From positions 48,050 to 112,049 of the forward strand of contig DATDEZ010000014.1 of the NCBI GenBank assembly GCA_036522875.1: 64,000 nucleotides of DNA. Reading direction: 5' to 3'. The translations under genes were made by a program, and so were the position numbers. The DNA is from Gemmatimonadales bacterium (lineage in GTDB: Bacteria > Gemmatimonadota > Gemmatimonadetes > Gemmatimonadales > GWC2-71-9). The notes below the pieces were generated by a model that did not search any database, was not told where the DNA came from, and saw nothing but the letters and a program-made list of their open reading frames with translations. Positions 45,281-61,749 of this stretch are shown here, piece after piece; position 1 is the first letter of the stretch, and each line of letters starts with the position of its first letter.

Positions 45281-46090
45281 TCAGAACGAAGGGGTCGACG
45301 GGGTGGTCGTCCCGGACTGGACCGCGGGGGGGCAGGTCCGATCGAGATTCGCCGCGGTCGGATAGAAGCGCCGCAGATGCTCGCAGGTCTCCTGCAGCTC
45401 CTGCGTGTACCCGATCGCTCGGTAGCTGTCGACCAGCCGCAGCAACGCATCGGGCGCACGCGCCGCGTTCGGGTAGGTGGCGATCACGTCCTTGAAATAG
45501 ATGATCGCCGAATCGTACGCCTTGCGACGCAGATAGAACATTCCCGTCTTGTAGATCTTCTCGGCGAACTGATTCTCGAGCCGGCGCACGTGGGGGCGGG
45601 CGCGCGCCGCCGCGTCGCTGTCAGGGTAGCGACCGGCCAACTCCTGGTAAATCGCGAGCGCCGTTTCGCCGTACGTGGGATCGAGCTCCGGCCCGTGCCA
45701 CAGGCGGAGATTGGCGTCGCCGGCGCGCAGCAGCGCGACGGGCGCGTACTCGGTCGTCGAGAACTCGTCCGCCACTTTCCGGAAATCGGCGGCCGCCTGC
45801 ACCTGATCGCCGAGCTGGAACCAGCATTCCGCGAGGTAGTAGCGGATCTGCGCGAGCTCGGGCTGGCTCGGCCCCAGCTCGAAGGTGAGGCGCTGCAGAA
45901 TGATCTGCGCCTTACGGAATTCGCCGTGGCGGAAAAGCTGCATGGCGCGGCCGAGCTCGACGTCCGTGGGAACCGCCGGCGGCGGTGCCTTGGGTGTCCG
46001 CGCTCCGTGGTGCAGGAAACATCCGGTGCTCCCGCCCATCAGGAGCGCGAGCACCAACCACCGACCCGGCCGTGTGAACCCCAGCGTCAT
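45281..46090 (-). CDS. bamD: outer-membrane protein assembly lipoprotein BamD/YfiO
   Basis: Lipobox LLMGGSTGC. TPR-like repeats with BamD hallmarks (YYLAECWFQLGD, YAPVALLRAGDANL, YKTGMFYLRRKAYDSAIIYFKDVIATYPN). The ATG at 46090 overlaps the upstream stop (ATGA). Confidence 0.85.
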   Translation of the reverse strand: MTLGFTRPGRWLVLALLMGGSTGCFLHHGARTPKAPPPAVPTDVELGRAMQLFRHGEFRKAQIILQRLTFELGPSQPELAQIRYYLAECWFQLGDQVQAAADFRKVADEFSTTEYAPVALLRAGDANLRLWHGPELDPTYGETALAIYQELAGRYPDSDAAARARPHVRRLENQFAEKIYKTGMFYLRRKAYDSAIIYFKDVIATYPNAARAPDALLRLVDSYRAIGYTQELQETCEHLRRFYPTAANLDRTCPPAVQSGTTTPSTPSF

Positions 46091-46983
46091 TGCGGTGAAG
46101 CCTTTCCCAACGCGTTGAGCTTCTCCTGGGCGCGCTGCGAGATCGTATCGCCGGGCGTCCCGCCTGCAAGCGCCTGTTGGTAACTCTCCATTGCCCCCGC
46201 CACGTCCCCCTGCGCCAGCCGCACATCGCCAAGCCCGAGGAACGCGCCGCGCACGACGTCCGGCGAAGCACCCGGCGCGGTCGCGCGCCGGAACCAGGTT
46301 TCCGCGTCCGCCGGGTGACCGGCCTGCAGCGCGAGCTGTCCCTGCAGCAGCGCGCACAACCCCAGTCCTTCGCGCGCCGATTCCACAACATTGAGCGCGC
46401 GCTGGCGCCGGATCACGCCTTCAAAGACGCGTACGGCCGTGGAACAGTCGCGGGCTTTCACCATCGTCATTCCGTAGACGTACAGTAACGAGTCCGCGCG
46501 CGCCACGTCGACCGCCGAGGCCGCCGCGACCGGCAGGAGCGCAGCCGCCGCGGCGGTGTCGCCGCGATCCACGGCATCGAGCGCCGCCAGGACGACGTAA
46601 CGCCCCAGCGGCCGTCGCGGCGCGACGTCCCGCAACCCCGTCAACGCGCTCGCGAGCGCCGTGCGATCGTTGGACGCGAGCGCGGCACGCGCCACGCGCT
46701 CCAAGCCGTCGGCGGCTTCGTCGGCACGCGAGCGGTCGCGCTTGCCCAGGGTTCGATAGGCGTCCGCGGCGACGTCGTAGTCCTCCGCGTGCAGCGCCGC
46801 GGCCCCGATCTTCGCCAGCAACGTGGCGCTGCCGGTGCTGCCGCGGCGGTCGAGCTGGTATTCCGCGAGCGCGTCCGCATAGGACCCCGCCGCGTAGGCG
46901 CGGTCACCGAGCTCCTCGTGATTCGCGGCGGCATGGGTGCATGAGAGCGCGGCAAGCAACAGAACCGGCGACACCCGCCTCAC
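46087..46983 (-). CDS. TPR-repeat protein with signal peptide/possible lipobox
   Basis: The GTG at 46983 overlaps the upstream stop (GTGA). VRRVSPVLLLAALSC then Ala-rich TPR-like helices. 298 aa. Confidence 0.6.
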   Translation of the reverse strand: MRRVSPVLLLAALSCTHAAANHEELGDRAYAAGSYADALAEYQLDRRGSTGSATLLAKIGAAALHAEDYDVAADAYRTLGKRDRSRADEAADGLERVARAALASNDRTALASALTGLRDVAPRRPLGRYVVLAALDAVDRGDTAAAAALLPVAAASAVDVARADSLLYVYGMTMVKARDCSTAVRVFEGVIRRQRALNVVESAREGLGLCALLQGQLALQAGHPADAETWFRRATAPGASPDVVRGAFLGLGDVRLAQGDVAGAMESYQQALAGGTPGDTISQRAQEKLNALGKASPQ

Positions 46984-47753
46984 TTCTTTTTCTTCTTTCG
47001 CGAGGGCGCAGGTTCGTGATCGGCGGTTGCCGCGACGGGTGCCACGTCGGAGCGGCCGAGCAATGCGAGATACGCCTCGACTCTGGGGTCCTCGGGGCGC
47101 CGGGCGCGCAGCTCCTCCCACACGGCACGCGCCGCGAGCCCGTCGCCCGCGAGATACGACGCGAGGCCCAGCATCGCGGCGGCGTCGAGGAACGACGGGC
47201 GCTCGCGCACGATCGTCTGAAAATGCTCGTGCGCGTCGAGCGCGCGCCCTGCCTCGAGCAGCAGGCGGCCGAGCTTGTAGCGCAGGTCGTGAAATGACGG
47301 GCCGAGCTTGAGGGCGGCCTCATACTGCGCGATGGCCTCGTTCAGCCCGCCGGACTCGAGGTACGCCTCGCCGAGCGCCGCGTGCTGGTTCGCGAGCTTT
47401 GCCGCGACGTGGCCGTGGAATCCCGCGCGCTGCTCTCCGCCCGACGTCACCTGGCGAGCGCGGCGCAGCGCCGCGTTCGCTTCTTCCTCGCGCCCCAGCT
47501 CGTTGAGCACGAGCGCCCGGTGAATCAGCGCTTCGATGTAGTTGGGATTCAGCGTGAGCGCGCGATCGAGCTGCTCCAGCGCTTTCTCCGCCTGCCCCGC
47601 GAGCGAATAGGAGAGACCGAGAAGGTGGTGAGCATCGGCGAACGCGCGACCGGTCGCCACCACTTCTTCGAGCAGGTGGATGGCGCCGTAATAGTCCTGC
47701 AGCTGAAATCGTTCGTTAGCCTGCTCGACCAGACGCTCGGGACTGACGTCCAT
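46980..47753 (-). CDS. cytoplasmic TPR-repeat protein with C-terminal poly-Lys tail
   Basis: 257 aa from [28 protein letters not shown]. Multiple 34-aa TPR units. Ends in PSRKKKKK. No signal peptide. Confidence 0.6.
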   Translation of the reverse strand: MDVSPERLVEQANERFQLQDYYGAIHLLEEVVATGRAFADAHHLLGLSYSLAGQAEKALEQLDRALTLNPNYIEALIHRALVLNELGREEEANAALRRARQVTSGGEQRAGFHGHVAAKLANQHAALGEAYLESGGLNEAIAQYEAALKLGPSFHDLRYKLGRLLLEAGRALDAHEHFQTIVRERPSFLDAAAMLGLASYLAGDGLAARAVWEELRARRPEDPRVEAYLALLGRSDVAPVAATADHEPAPSRKKKKK

Positions 47754-48699
47754 GAACCTCCTCGTACCAGTCGACGAATTGGCGGATGCCCTGCTCGATG
47801 CCGACACGCGGCCGAAACCCCAGCACGCGCCCCGCGCGCGCGAGATCGGCATCCGTCAGCCGCACGTCCCCTGGCTGATCGGGGTGGCGCTCGATCCGCG
47901 CCTCCTGGCCCAGCGCCGCGGCAATGAGCGCGATCAAGCGATCCAGCCGCACCCGCTCGCCACCGCCCAGATTCACGGTCTCCACCGTTCCCGGTGCCGC
48001 CGTGGCCGTCCATTCCAGGCCGGCGATGACCCCGTCCAGGCAGTCGGTAATATAGGTGTAGTCGCGCTCGCTCGACCCATCCCCGTGCATGCGAATTGGC
48101 CGGCCGCGGGCGATCAGGTCCGTGAACTTGTGGATGGCGAGGTCGGGGCGCTGGCGCGGCCCGTAGACCGTGAAAAACCGCAGGCACATGATCCGCAGCG
48201 GATACAGATGCGCGAAGGCGTATGCGAGGAGCTCCCCAGCCCGCTTGCTCGCCGCGTACGGCGAAATCGGCTCGACCGCGGGCGCGCTTTCCGCGAAGGG
48301 CGCGGGCGTGGCATTGCCATAGACCGACGAGGACGACCCGAAGACGATGCGGTGGACGCCGACGCGCCGAGCCGCGTCCAGCAGCCGGGCCGTCGCCGTA
48401 ACATTCGCTTCCATGTACGCGCCGGGATCCTCGAGCGACGGCCGCACCCCGGGCTTCGCCGCCAGATGGATCACCGCGTCCATGCCGTCGACCGGCATGG
48501 TGTCCCGCGCCACGTCGGCCTCCACGAACTGAAACGCCGGCAGCGTGCGCAGCTTCGTGAGATTGCGCTCTTTCACCTCACGCGCGTAAAAGGCGTCGAA
48601 GTTGTCGACGCCGGTCACTTCGGCGCCGCGCGCGACGAGCGCTTCGCAGAGGTGCGACCCGATGAAGCCCGCCGCGCCCGTGACGAGATAGCGACTCAC
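47716..48699 (-). CDS. NAD-dependent epimerase (UDP-glucuronate 4-epimerase-like SDR)
   Basis: 327 aa. [32 protein letters not shown] are characteristic of the UDP-GlcA 4-epimerase clade. Confidence 0.75.
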   Translation of the reverse strand: MSRYLVTGAAGFIGSHLCEALVARGAEVTGVDNFDAFYAREVKERNLTKLRTLPAFQFVEADVARDTMPVDGMDAVIHLAAKPGVRPSLEDPGAYMEANVTATARLLDAARRVGVHRIVFGSSSSVYGNATPAPFAESAPAVEPISPYAASKRAGELLAYAFAHLYPLRIMCLRFFTVYGPRQRPDLAIHKFTDLIARGRPIRMHGDGSSERDYTYITDCLDGVIAGLEWTATAAPGTVETVNLGGGERVRLDRLIALIAAALGQEARIERHPDQPGDVRLTDADLARAGRVLGFRPRVGIEQGIRQFVDWYEEVHGRQSRASGRAG

Positions 48700-49649
48700 G
48701 AGGCGGCCGTGCCCTCGCGCACGACGACGGTGCGAAAGTACTCGATGGTCCGGCGCAGCCCGTCCTCGAGCGCGATCTTCGGCTCCCAGCCCAGCGTTTC
48801 GCGCGCGCGCGTGATGTCGGGCTGGCGCACCTGGGGATCGTCGATCGGCAACGGCCGCTGCACGATCGTGCTCTTGCTCTGCGTCAGCGCTAGCACGCGG
48901 TCCGCGAGCTGCCGCACGGTGAACTCGTGTGGATTCCCGATGTTGGTCGGCTCGGGCGTGCCGCGCTCGAACAATCGGAAGATGCCTTCGATCAGATCGT
49001 CCACGTAGCAGAACGAGCGCGTCTGCGATCCCTCGCCGTACACCGTCAGCGGCTCTCCGCGTAACGCCTGGACGATGAAGTTCGAGACGACGCGGCCGTC
49101 GCGCGGTCGCATGCGCGGGCCATAGGTATTGAAAATGCGCACGATGCGCGTGTCCAGATGATGATAGCGATGGTACGCCATCGTCAGCGCCTCGGCGAAG
49201 CGTTTGGCCTCATCGTAGACGCCGCGCGGTCCTACCGGGTTGACGTTGCCCCAGTAGCTCTCGGGCTGCGGATGCACGAGCGGATCGCCGTACACCTCCG
49301 AGGTGGACGCGAGCAGGAAGCGCGCCTGCTTGGCGAGCGCGAGGCCGAGCGCCTTGTGCGTTCCCAACGCGCCGACCTTGAGCGTCTGGATCGGCAGCTC
49401 GAGGTAGTCGACGGGGCTCGCCGGGCTCGCGAAGTGGAGCACGCCGTCGAGCGGACCTTCGACCTCGATGTAGCGGGTGACGTCCTGATTGACGAACCGG
49501 AACTTCGGCTGATTGGCGAGGTGCGCGAGGTTGGCGGGATTGCCGGTGATGTGGTTGTCCATCCCCAGCACGTCATATCCCTGTGCCAGGAATTTGTCGA
49601 CGAGATGCGAACCGAGAAAACCTGCCGCGCCCGTTACGAGGACGCGCAT
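48696..49649 (-). CDS. uxs: UDP-glucuronate decarboxylase (UDP-xylose synthase)
   Basis: 317 aa. [52 protein letters not shown]. Confidence 0.85.
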   Translation of the reverse strand: MRVLVTGAAGFLGSHLVDKFLAQGYDVLGMDNHITGNPANLAHLANQPKFRFVNQDVTRYIEVEGPLDGVLHFASPASPVDYLELPIQTLKVGALGTHKALGLALAKQARFLLASTSEVYGDPLVHPQPESYWGNVNPVGPRGVYDEAKRFAEALTMAYHRYHHLDTRIVRIFNTYGPRMRPRDGRVVSNFIVQALRGEPLTVYGEGSQTRSFCYVDDLIEGIFRLFERGTPEPTNIGNPHEFTVRQLADRVLALTQSKSTIVQRPLPIDDPQVRQPDITRARETLGWEPKIALEDGLRRTIEYFRTVVVREGTAAS

Positions 49650-50950
49650 CCGAGCCGGCGGCCGATGCTGTCGTAGGTGAAGCCGAGGCGGCCGAGCTTC
49701 GCGGGATCATAGAGATTCCGTCCATCCACGATCAGCGGCCGGCTCAGCAGCTGTTTGATCTTGGCGAAATCGGGATTGCGGTATTCCAGCCATTCCGTGA
49801 CGATCGCGAGCGCGTCGGCGCCGGGCAGCGCGTCGTACGCCGTGTTGGCGTAGCGCACGCGGGCGCCGAGCTGCCGCGACGCGGACTTCATGGCCGCCGG
49901 GTCGTGCACGACCACCTTCGCGCCGGCGCAGAGCAGCTCTTCGGCCAGCACCAGCGCCGGGCTCTCGCGCACGTCGTCGGTCTCGGCCTTGAACGCGAGG
50001 CCCCAGATCGCGACGGTGCGCTGGTTCAGATCGCCGATGTGCCGTTGCAGTTTCTCGAACAGCACCTTCTTCTGCCGGTCGTTCGCGTTCTCGACGGCAT
50101 CGAGGATGTCGAGCTCCACGCGATTTTCCTGCGCGGTCCGGCGCAACGCCTTCACGTCCTTCGGAAAGCAGGAGCCGCCGTAGCCGGGCCCGGGAAAGAG
50201 GAACGCCTGGCCGATCCGGCGGTCGCTGCCGATGCCGCGGCGCACGTGGGTCACGTTCGCGCCGACCGCCTCGCACAGCCGGGCGATCTGGTTCATGAAC
50301 GAGATGCGCGTCGCCAGCATCGCGTTGGCCGCGTACTTCGTCATTTCCGCCGACGGAATGTCCATGACGATGAGCGGGTTGCCGGTGCGCACGAACGGCG
50401 CGTACAGCTCCTCGATCACCTTCGCGGCGTCATCGGAATCGACCCCCACCACCACGCGATCCGGCTTCATGAAATCCTCGACCGCCGCGCCTTCCTTCAG
50501 GAATTCGGGATTCGAGCAGACGTGGAACGGCGTCTTGGTGCGTTTGGCGATCTCAGCGCGAACCTTCTCGGCGGTCCCGACGGGCACGGTGCTCTTGGTG
50601 ACGACGAGCTTCGTTCCGTTCATATGGTCGCCGATCGTCCGCGCGACGGCAAGGACGTGCTGCAGGTCGGCGGAGCCGTCCTCGTCGGGCGGCGTGCCGA
50701 CGGCGATGAAGATCACCTCGGAGCGCTCCACGGCGTCGGCCACGTCGGTCGTGAACGTCAGCCGGCCGTCGCGCTGGTTGCGCACGACCATGGGCTCGAG
50801 GCCGGGTTCGTAGATGGGGAGCTTGTTCTGCTTCAGCGATCCGATCTTGCCGGCGTCCACGTCGGCACAGACGACGTCGTTGCCGGTTTCGGCGAGGCAT
50901 GCGCCGACGACGAGGCCGACGTAGCCCGTCCCGACGACGGCGACCTTCAC
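49634..50950 (-). CDS. ugd: UDP-glucose 6-dehydrogenase
   Basis: 438 aa. [32 protein letters not shown] (catalytic Cys), [14 protein letters not shown]. Confidence 0.9.
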   Translation of the reverse strand: MKVAVVGTGYVGLVVGACLAETGNDVVCADVDAGKIGSLKQNKLPIYEPGLEPMVVRNQRDGRLTFTTDVADAVERSEVIFIAVGTPPDEDGSADLQHVLAVARTIGDHMNGTKLVVTKSTVPVGTAEKVRAEIAKRTKTPFHVCSNPEFLKEGAAVEDFMKPDRVVVGVDSDDAAKVIEELYAPFVRTGNPLIVMDIPSAEMTKYAANAMLATRISFMNQIARLCEAVGANVTHVRRGIGSDRRIGQAFLFPGPGYGGSCFPKDVKALRRTAQENRVELDILDAVENANDRQKKVLFEKLQRHIGDLNQRTVAIWGLAFKAETDDVRESPALVLAEELLCAGAKVVVHDPAAMKSASRQLGARVRYANTAYDALPGADALAIVTEWLEYRNPDFAKIKQLLSRPLIVDGRNLYDPAKLGRLGFTYDSIGRRLGCASS

Positions 50951-52278
50951 TCGCGCCCTCCCCCTCCGCTGCGGCGCTCGCGCGGCAGGACGTGCCGCGT
51001 ATCGACGGTCGCCCGCGCGCTGCGAGTCACCAGCTGATAATCGACGTCACTATGATCCGTGACGATCATGACGCAATCCGCGCCGCGCAGCGTGTCGGCG
51101 GTGAGCGGCACGGAGCTCAGGGTGATGCCGTCCTCCTTGAGCACCGGCACGTGCGGGTCGTGGTAGCTGACCTGGGCGCCGCGCGCGTGGAGCAGCCGGA
51201 TGACGTCGAGCGCCGGACTCTCGCGAATGTCGTCGATGTTCTTCTTGTAGGCGACGCCGAGCAGCAGCACGCGGCTGCCGCGGACGGCCTTGCCCTGCTC
51301 GTTGAGCGTGTCCACGACCTTGCCGACCCAGTACTCGGGCATTTCGGCGTTCAGCTCGCCGGCGAGCTCGATGAAGCGCGTCTTGTAGTTCAGCGTGCGC
51401 ATCTTCCACGCGAGATAATGCGGGTCGAGCGGGATGCAGTGGCCGCCGACGCCGGGGCCGGGCGTGAACTTCATGAACCCGAACGGCTTCGTCGCCGCGG
51501 CCTCGATCACTTCCCACACGTCGACGCCGAGCTTGTCGCACACGATCGCCATTTCGTTGACGAGCCCGATGTTCACGCTGCGGAAGGTGTTCTCGAGAAT
51601 TTTCACGAGCTCCGCCGCCTCGGGCGACGAGACCGGGATGAGCGTGTCGATCGCGCCCTGGTACAGCGCCACCGCCACCTTCTGGCAGTTTGGGGTGATG
51701 CCGCCGATGACCTTCGGCGTGTTGCGGGTGTTGAAGCGCTCGTTGCCGGGATCGACGCGCTCCGGCGAGAACGCGAGGAAGAAATCCTCGCCCACCTTGA
51801 GCCCCGTCGACTCGAGCGCGGGCAGCATCAGCTCGCGCGTCGTGCCGGGGTACGTCGTGGACTCGAGCACGACGAGCTGGCCTTTGCGCAGGGCTTTCCT
51901 GATCGACTCGGTCGCCGCGAGCACGTAGCTGACGTCGGGATCTTTCGTCTTCGACAGGGGCGTCGGCACGCTGATCGAAATGACGTCCGGCTCGCTGAGG
52001 CGGCTCAAATCGGCGGTCGCCGAGAACTTCTTCACCTGCACGGCGTCGGCCACCGTCGCGGCCGCCACGTCCTGGATGTGCGAGCGTCCGCCGTTCAGCG
52101 CGTCGACGACGCGCGGATTGACGTCGAACCCGATCACGCGGTAGCCGGCGCGCACGATTTCCATCGCGAGCGGCAGCCCGACGTAGCCGAGCCCGACGAC
52201 CCCGAAGACGGCGGTCCGATCTTTCGCTTTCGCGAGCAGCGTATCGACAACAGTGGGTACGGTCATAGTCGCAGTCAT
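50947..52278 (-). CDS. UDP-N-acetyl-hexosamine 6-dehydrogenase (WbpA/WecC-like nucleotide-sugar dehydrogenase)
   Basis: 443 aa. VVGLGYVGLPLA, SPERVDPGN, GVGGHCIPLDP, AYKKNIDDIRESPA. The context with WbpB/E/D-like genes suggests UDP-GlcNAc as substrate. Confidence 0.8.
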   Translation of the reverse strand: MTATMTVPTVVDTLLAKAKDRTAVFGVVGLGYVGLPLAMEIVRAGYRVIGFDVNPRVVDALNGGRSHIQDVAAATVADAVQVKKFSATADLSRLSEPDVISISVPTPLSKTKDPDVSYVLAATESIRKALRKGQLVVLESTTYPGTTRELMLPALESTGLKVGEDFFLAFSPERVDPGNERFNTRNTPKVIGGITPNCQKVAVALYQGAIDTLIPVSSPEAAELVKILENTFRSVNIGLVNEMAIVCDKLGVDVWEVIEAAATKPFGFMKFTPGPGVGGHCIPLDPHYLAWKMRTLNYKTRFIELAGELNAEMPEYWVGKVVDTLNEQGKAVRGSRVLLLGVAYKKNIDDIRESPALDVIRLLHARGAQVSYHDPHVPVLKEDGITLSSVPLTADTLRGADCVMIVTDHSDVDYQLVTRSARATVDTRHVLPRERRSGGGGRE

Positions 52279-53291
52279 GGAACCTCCGGGGCACCGCCGT
52301 TGGCCAGCGATCGCGAGGCGGCGTCCAACACCCGCACGACGCGGACACCATCGTCTGCGCTCGCGCGGGGCGCCTCACGGCCCTGCGCGACGCGAACGAA
52401 ATGCGCCAGCTCGGCCGCCAGCGGCTCGACGGCCGGAATCCGAGGAATGAAAATATCGCCTTCGCGAATCGCCAGGCTCTCGCCGAACGACCCGTACTCC
52501 GGCGGTCGATCCACACCCTTATCGTAGATCCGCAGCTTCTCGCGCGGCTCCATGTCGTCAAACACCACCATCTTCTTGGCGCCGACCACGGTGAGCTTCC
52601 GTTCCTTGTGGGGATCGAGCCAGGACATCTGGACGTGCGCCAGCACCCCGCTCGCAAACTCCATCGTCAAGAACACGACGTCTTCGATGGCGGGCTGCAG
52701 GTAGCTCTTGCCGGACGCAGAGACCCGAACTGGTTGCTCACCAAGCAAGTACAATGCCACCGATACGTCGTGCGGTCCGAAGCTCCAGAGCGCGTTTTCG
52801 TCCTTGCGGACCTGCCCCAGGTTGACGCGAAGTCCATACAGGTAGAACACTTTTCCCAACTCGCCCTTCTGCACCATCTCCCGCAGCCGCTCGACCGCCG
52901 GGTGGTAGACCAGCAGATGCCCGGCCAGGACCGGGACCCCCCGTTCCGCCGCGCTTTTCGCCACCGCCTCGGCGTCCCGGACGTTCAGGGCGAAGGGCTT
53001 TTCGACCAGGACCGGCTTGCCGGCCGCGATCGCCTGCTGCGCGACCGCCGCGTGTGTGGCGGCGGGAGACGCCACCACGACGGCATCCACCGCCTGGAGG
53101 AGCGCCGCGACGTCGCTCGTGATCAGCGTGCCGGGGTATTGCCGGGTGAGCCGGTCGCGCACCTTGGCGTCGGTGTCGCAGACGGCGGCCAGCTCGGCAT
53201 CGGCCAGGCCGGCAACGGTGCGCACGTGATTTCGTCCCCACGCGCCGGCACCGATGACCCCGACTTTGAGCCGCCCCCCCGGCGACGTCAC
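52275..53291 (-). CDS. Gfo/Idh/MocA-family oxidoreductase (WlbA/WbpB-like UDP-GlcNAcA 3-dehydrogenase candidate)
   Basis: 338 aa. KVGVIGAGAWG Rossmann motif and the EKP motif (VLVEKPFA). Sits between the dehydrogenase and the aminotransferase. Confidence 0.7.
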   Translation of the reverse strand: MTSPGGRLKVGVIGAGAWGRNHVRTVAGLADAELAAVCDTDAKVRDRLTRQYPGTLITSDVAALLQAVDAVVVASPAATHAAVAQQAIAAGKPVLVEKPFALNVRDAEAVAKSAAERGVPVLAGHLLVYHPAVERLREMVQKGELGKVFYLYGLRVNLGQVRKDENALWSFGPHDVSVALYLLGEQPVRVSASGKSYLQPAIEDVVFLTMEFASGVLAHVQMSWLDPHKERKLTVVGAKKMVVFDDMEPREKLRIYDKGVDRPPEYGSFGESLAIREGDIFIPRIPAVEPLAAELAHFVRVAQGREAPRASADDGVRVVRVLDAASRSLANGGAPEVP

Positions 53292-54403
53292 CGATAAAAT
53301 CCGCGAATCGTCTCGACCACGCGGTCGAGCTGCGGCCGCGTCAGCTCCGGATAAATCGGCAGCGAGATCACCTCGCGCGCGGCCTGCTCGGCCTCGGGCA
53401 GCGACCCTTCCTTATAACCCAGGTGCGCGAAGCACGGCTGGCGGTGCAGCGGGATCGGATAGTACACGGCGTGCCCGATCCCTTCTTTCTTCAGGTGCGC
53501 CTGGAGCTCGTCGCGCCGCTGGGCGCGCAGGGTGTACTGATGGAAAATGTGCTCGTTGGCCGGATCCACTGCCGGGGTCTTCACCTCCGGGACGTCGGCC
53601 AGCGCCTTCGTGTAGTAGGCGGCGTGCTCGCGCCGCTTCGCCGACCACGCGGCGAGATGCGGCAGTTTCGCCAGCAGGACGGCGGCCTGCAGCGTATCGA
53701 GCCGCGAATTCGTGCCGACCTCTTCGTGATGATACTGCTTGGCGCCGCCGTGCAGCCGCAGCTTCTTCAGCCGGTCGGCCGCCTGATCGTCCGACGTCAC
53801 CATCATGCCGCCGTCGCCCCAGGCCCCGAGGTTCTTGCTCGGGAAGAACGAGTAGCCGGTCACCCAGCCGAGCTCGCCCGCGACGCGCCACTCGCCGTCG
53901 ATCTTGCGCCGCGCCCCGATCGCCTGCGCCGCATCCTCGATCACCTTGACGCCCTTCGACCGCCCGATCGCCATCAGCTCCAGCATGTCGGCCATCTGGC
54001 CGTAGAGATGGACGGGCATGATGGCGCGCGTGCGCGGCGTGATCGCGCGCTTCACGGCGGCCGGGTCGATGTTGAACGTGTCGGGCTGGATGTCGACGAA
54101 CACCGGCGTGCCGCCGGCATTGTGAATCGTGCCCGCGGTCGCGAAGAACGTGAACGGCGTCGTGACGACTTCGTCGCCCGGTTTCAGGTTCAGCGCCTTG
54201 AGCGGCAGCAGCAGCGCGTCGGTGCCGCTCGCGCAGCCGATGCCGTGTTTAGCGTGCGACAGCCGGGCCACCTCGATCTCGAGCTGCGGGATCGACGGAC
54301 CCATGATGAACTGCTGCGTCTCGACGACCTTCATCATCGCGGGCACGACTTCGTCTTTGATCGCCTGATACTGCGCGACCAGGTCGAGCATCGGGATCGT
54401 CAT
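53288..54403 (-). CDS. DegT/DnrJ/EryC1-family PLP aminotransferase (WbpE/WlbC-like)
   Basis: 371 aa from [42 protein letters not shown] (PLP Lys), [13 protein letters not shown]. Close resemblance to Pseudomonas WbpE as I remember it. Confidence 0.85.
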   Translation of the reverse strand: MTIPMLDLVAQYQAIKDEVVPAMMKVVETQQFIMGPSIPQLEIEVARLSHAKHGIGCASGTDALLLPLKALNLKPGDEVVTTPFTFFATAGTIHNAGGTPVFVDIQPDTFNIDPAAVKRAITPRTRAIMPVHLYGQMADMLELMAIGRSKGVKVIEDAAQAIGARRKIDGEWRVAGELGWVTGYSFFPSKNLGAWGDGGMMVTSDDQAADRLKKLRLHGGAKQYHHEEVGTNSRLDTLQAAVLLAKLPHLAAWSAKRREHAAYYTKALADVPEVKTPAVDPANEHIFHQYTLRAQRRDELQAHLKKEGIGHAVYYPIPLHRQPCFAHLGYKEGSLPEAEQAAREVISLPIYPELTRPQLDRVVETIRGFYR

Positions 54404-55008
54404 GAGGCGCGCACCCGCGACGGCTGCGTCTGGCGCAACGTGCCGCCGCTCTCCAGATAGCTGGCGCCGCATGCGACGCAGGTCGCATGGCCGCCGCTCG
54501 GATGGAGCCGCTCACCGCACTGGCACATCCAGCCGACGCGCCGTGCCGGAACGCCGACCATGAGGCCGTAGGCCGGCACGTCCGACGTGACCACCGCTCC
54601 CGCGCCGATGAACGCGTACTCGCCGAGCGTCACGCCGCAGACGATCGTCGCGTTGGCCCCGATCGAGCTGCCGCGCTTCACCAGCGTCTTCTTGTATTCG
54701 TGCTTGCGAGAGACGTGACTGCGCGGGTTCAGCACATTGGTGAAGACGCACGACGGACCGCAGAACACGTCGTCCTCCAGCTCGACGCCTTCGTAGATCG
54801 AGACGTTGTTCTGGACTTTGACGTTGTTGCCCAGCCTCGTCCCCGGCATCACCACGACGTTCTGGCCCAGGTTGCAGCGCTCACCGATCACGGCTCCGGG
54901 CATGACGTGGGAGAAGTGCCAGATCTTGGTGCCGGTCCCGATCACCGCTCCGTCGTCGACGTAGCTGGACTCGTGCGCGAAATAGCTCAGTTGCCGATGA
55001 TCTTGCAC
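54400..55008 (-). CDS. left-handed beta-helix N-acetyltransferase (WbpD/WlbB-like)
   Basis: [28 protein letters not shown]...[17 protein letters not shown]...[12 protein letters not shown] is near-collinear with WbpD. Start is either the GTG at 55008 or a CTG at 54990 that forms a CTGA overlap with the murB stop. The track ORF to 56070 is over-extended. Confidence 0.82.
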   Translation of the reverse strand: MQDHRQLSYFAHESSYVDDGAVIGTGTKIWHFSHVMPGAVIGERCNLGQNVVVMPGTRLGNNVKVQNNVSIYEGVELEDDVFCGPSCVFTNVLNPRSHVSRKHEYKKTLVKRGSSIGANATIVCGVTLGEYAFIGAGAVVTSDVPAYGLMVGVPARRVGWMCQCGERLHPSGGHATCVACGASYLESGGTLRQTQPSRVRAS

Positions 55009-55906
55009 TCGAGCTCCAGCGTAACGCCGGTCTTCTTGGCGACGGTCTTGCGCACGTGCTCGATCACTTTCAGCACGTCGCTCGCCGTCGCCGTTCCCTT
55101 GTTGATGATGTAGTTCGCGTGGAGCGTCGACACCTGCGCGCCGCCGAGCTGGAAGCCCTTGAGCCCGCATTCGTCGATCAGCATGCCGGCCGTCTTGGTG
55201 CCGCCCTGCGGATTCGTGAACGTCGAGCCGCAGCACGGCTGGTCGAACGGCGTCCCCGCCTTGCGCCAGCGCAGCAGTTTCGACTGCAGCTCCTTGAGCT
55301 TCGCCGGCGACTCCTCGCCGAGCACCAGCTTCGCCTCGAGCACGATGCCTTCGAGGTTGGTCGAGCGATACTTGAACGAGATCTGCTTGCGCGAGAGCTG
55401 CTTGACCTTCCCTTTCTGATCCATCACCGTGACTTCGGTGACGACTTCCGAGAACTCCGCGCCGTGGCAGCCCGCGTTCATATAGATGCCGCCGCCCACG
55501 CTGCCGGGAATCCCCAGGAACCGCTCCACGCCGGCAAAGCCCGCCTCCGCGGTGCGCCGGGCCAGAATCGGGGTCGGCATGCCGGCCCCGACGATCGCGG
55601 TCGCGCCCTTCATCTCGAAGCGATCGAGCCCCTTGCCCATCCGGATCACGACGCCGGGAAAGCCGCCGTCTTTGACCAGCACGTTGGACCCAAGCCCCAG
55701 CACGACCCAGGGCAGCCCGCGGTCGTGCGCCAGCTCCAGCGCGCGGACCACGTCCTCGGTGTCGGCCGGCAGCGCGAGATAGCGGGCGGGGCCGCCGAGG
55801 CGCCACGTGGTGTAGCGCGCCAACGGCTCGTTCTCGAGTAGCTTGCCGCGAAACTTGATCTTGGCCGGTGCCGGCGGGTGCGCCGCGGCCGCGGGAGCGG
55901 CTTTGG

Positions 55907-61337
<5,431 letters not shown>

Positions 61338-61339
<2 letters not shown>

Positions 61340-61368
61340 AAAAGGGGACCCGCTGGGTCCCCTTGGTG
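61338..61368. terminator. bidirectional intrinsic terminator between rpmB and rplQ
   Basis: GGGGACCC-gct-GGGTCCCC hairpin (61344-61362). On the minus strand it is followed by TTTTTT, the classical form for the rplQ operon end. On the plus strand it is followed by TTGGTGTT. Confidence 0.75.
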
Positions 61369-61392
61369 TTGCCGGTCGTTCCTGCCCCGCGG

Positions 61393-61749
61393 TTACTCAC
61401 TCAATAATTCGATGCGAGCCACGTCGGCGCCGTCGCCGACGCGATGGCCCAGTTTCACGATGCGCGTGTAGCCACCCGGCCGCGCCGCGAACCGCTTGCC
61501 GATTTCGGCGAACAGCTTCGTGGTCACGGCGCGGTCCTTGATCCTGCGCTCGACCAGCCGGCGCGCGTGCAGGTCGCCGCGGCGCGCGAGCGTGATCAGC
61601 CGCTCGGCGAACGGCCGCAGCTCTTTGGCTTTCGCTTCGGTCGTGTTGATGCCGCCGTGCTGAAACAGGCTCGTGGCCATGTTGTTCAGCGTCGCCTTTT
61701 TGTGGCTCGACGTGCGCGAGAGCTGGCGACCCTTGGCGCGGTGACGCAT
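61393..61749 (-). CDS. rplQ: 50S ribosomal protein L17
   Basis: 118 aa. MRHRAKGRQLSRTSSHKKATLNNM is the typical L17 start. Confidence 0.95.
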   Translation of the reverse strand: MRHRAKGRQLSRTSSHKKATLNNMATSLFQHGGINTTEAKAKELRPFAERLITLARRGDLHARRLVERRIKDRAVTTKLFAEIGKRFAARPGGYTRIVKLGHRVGDGADVARIELLSE

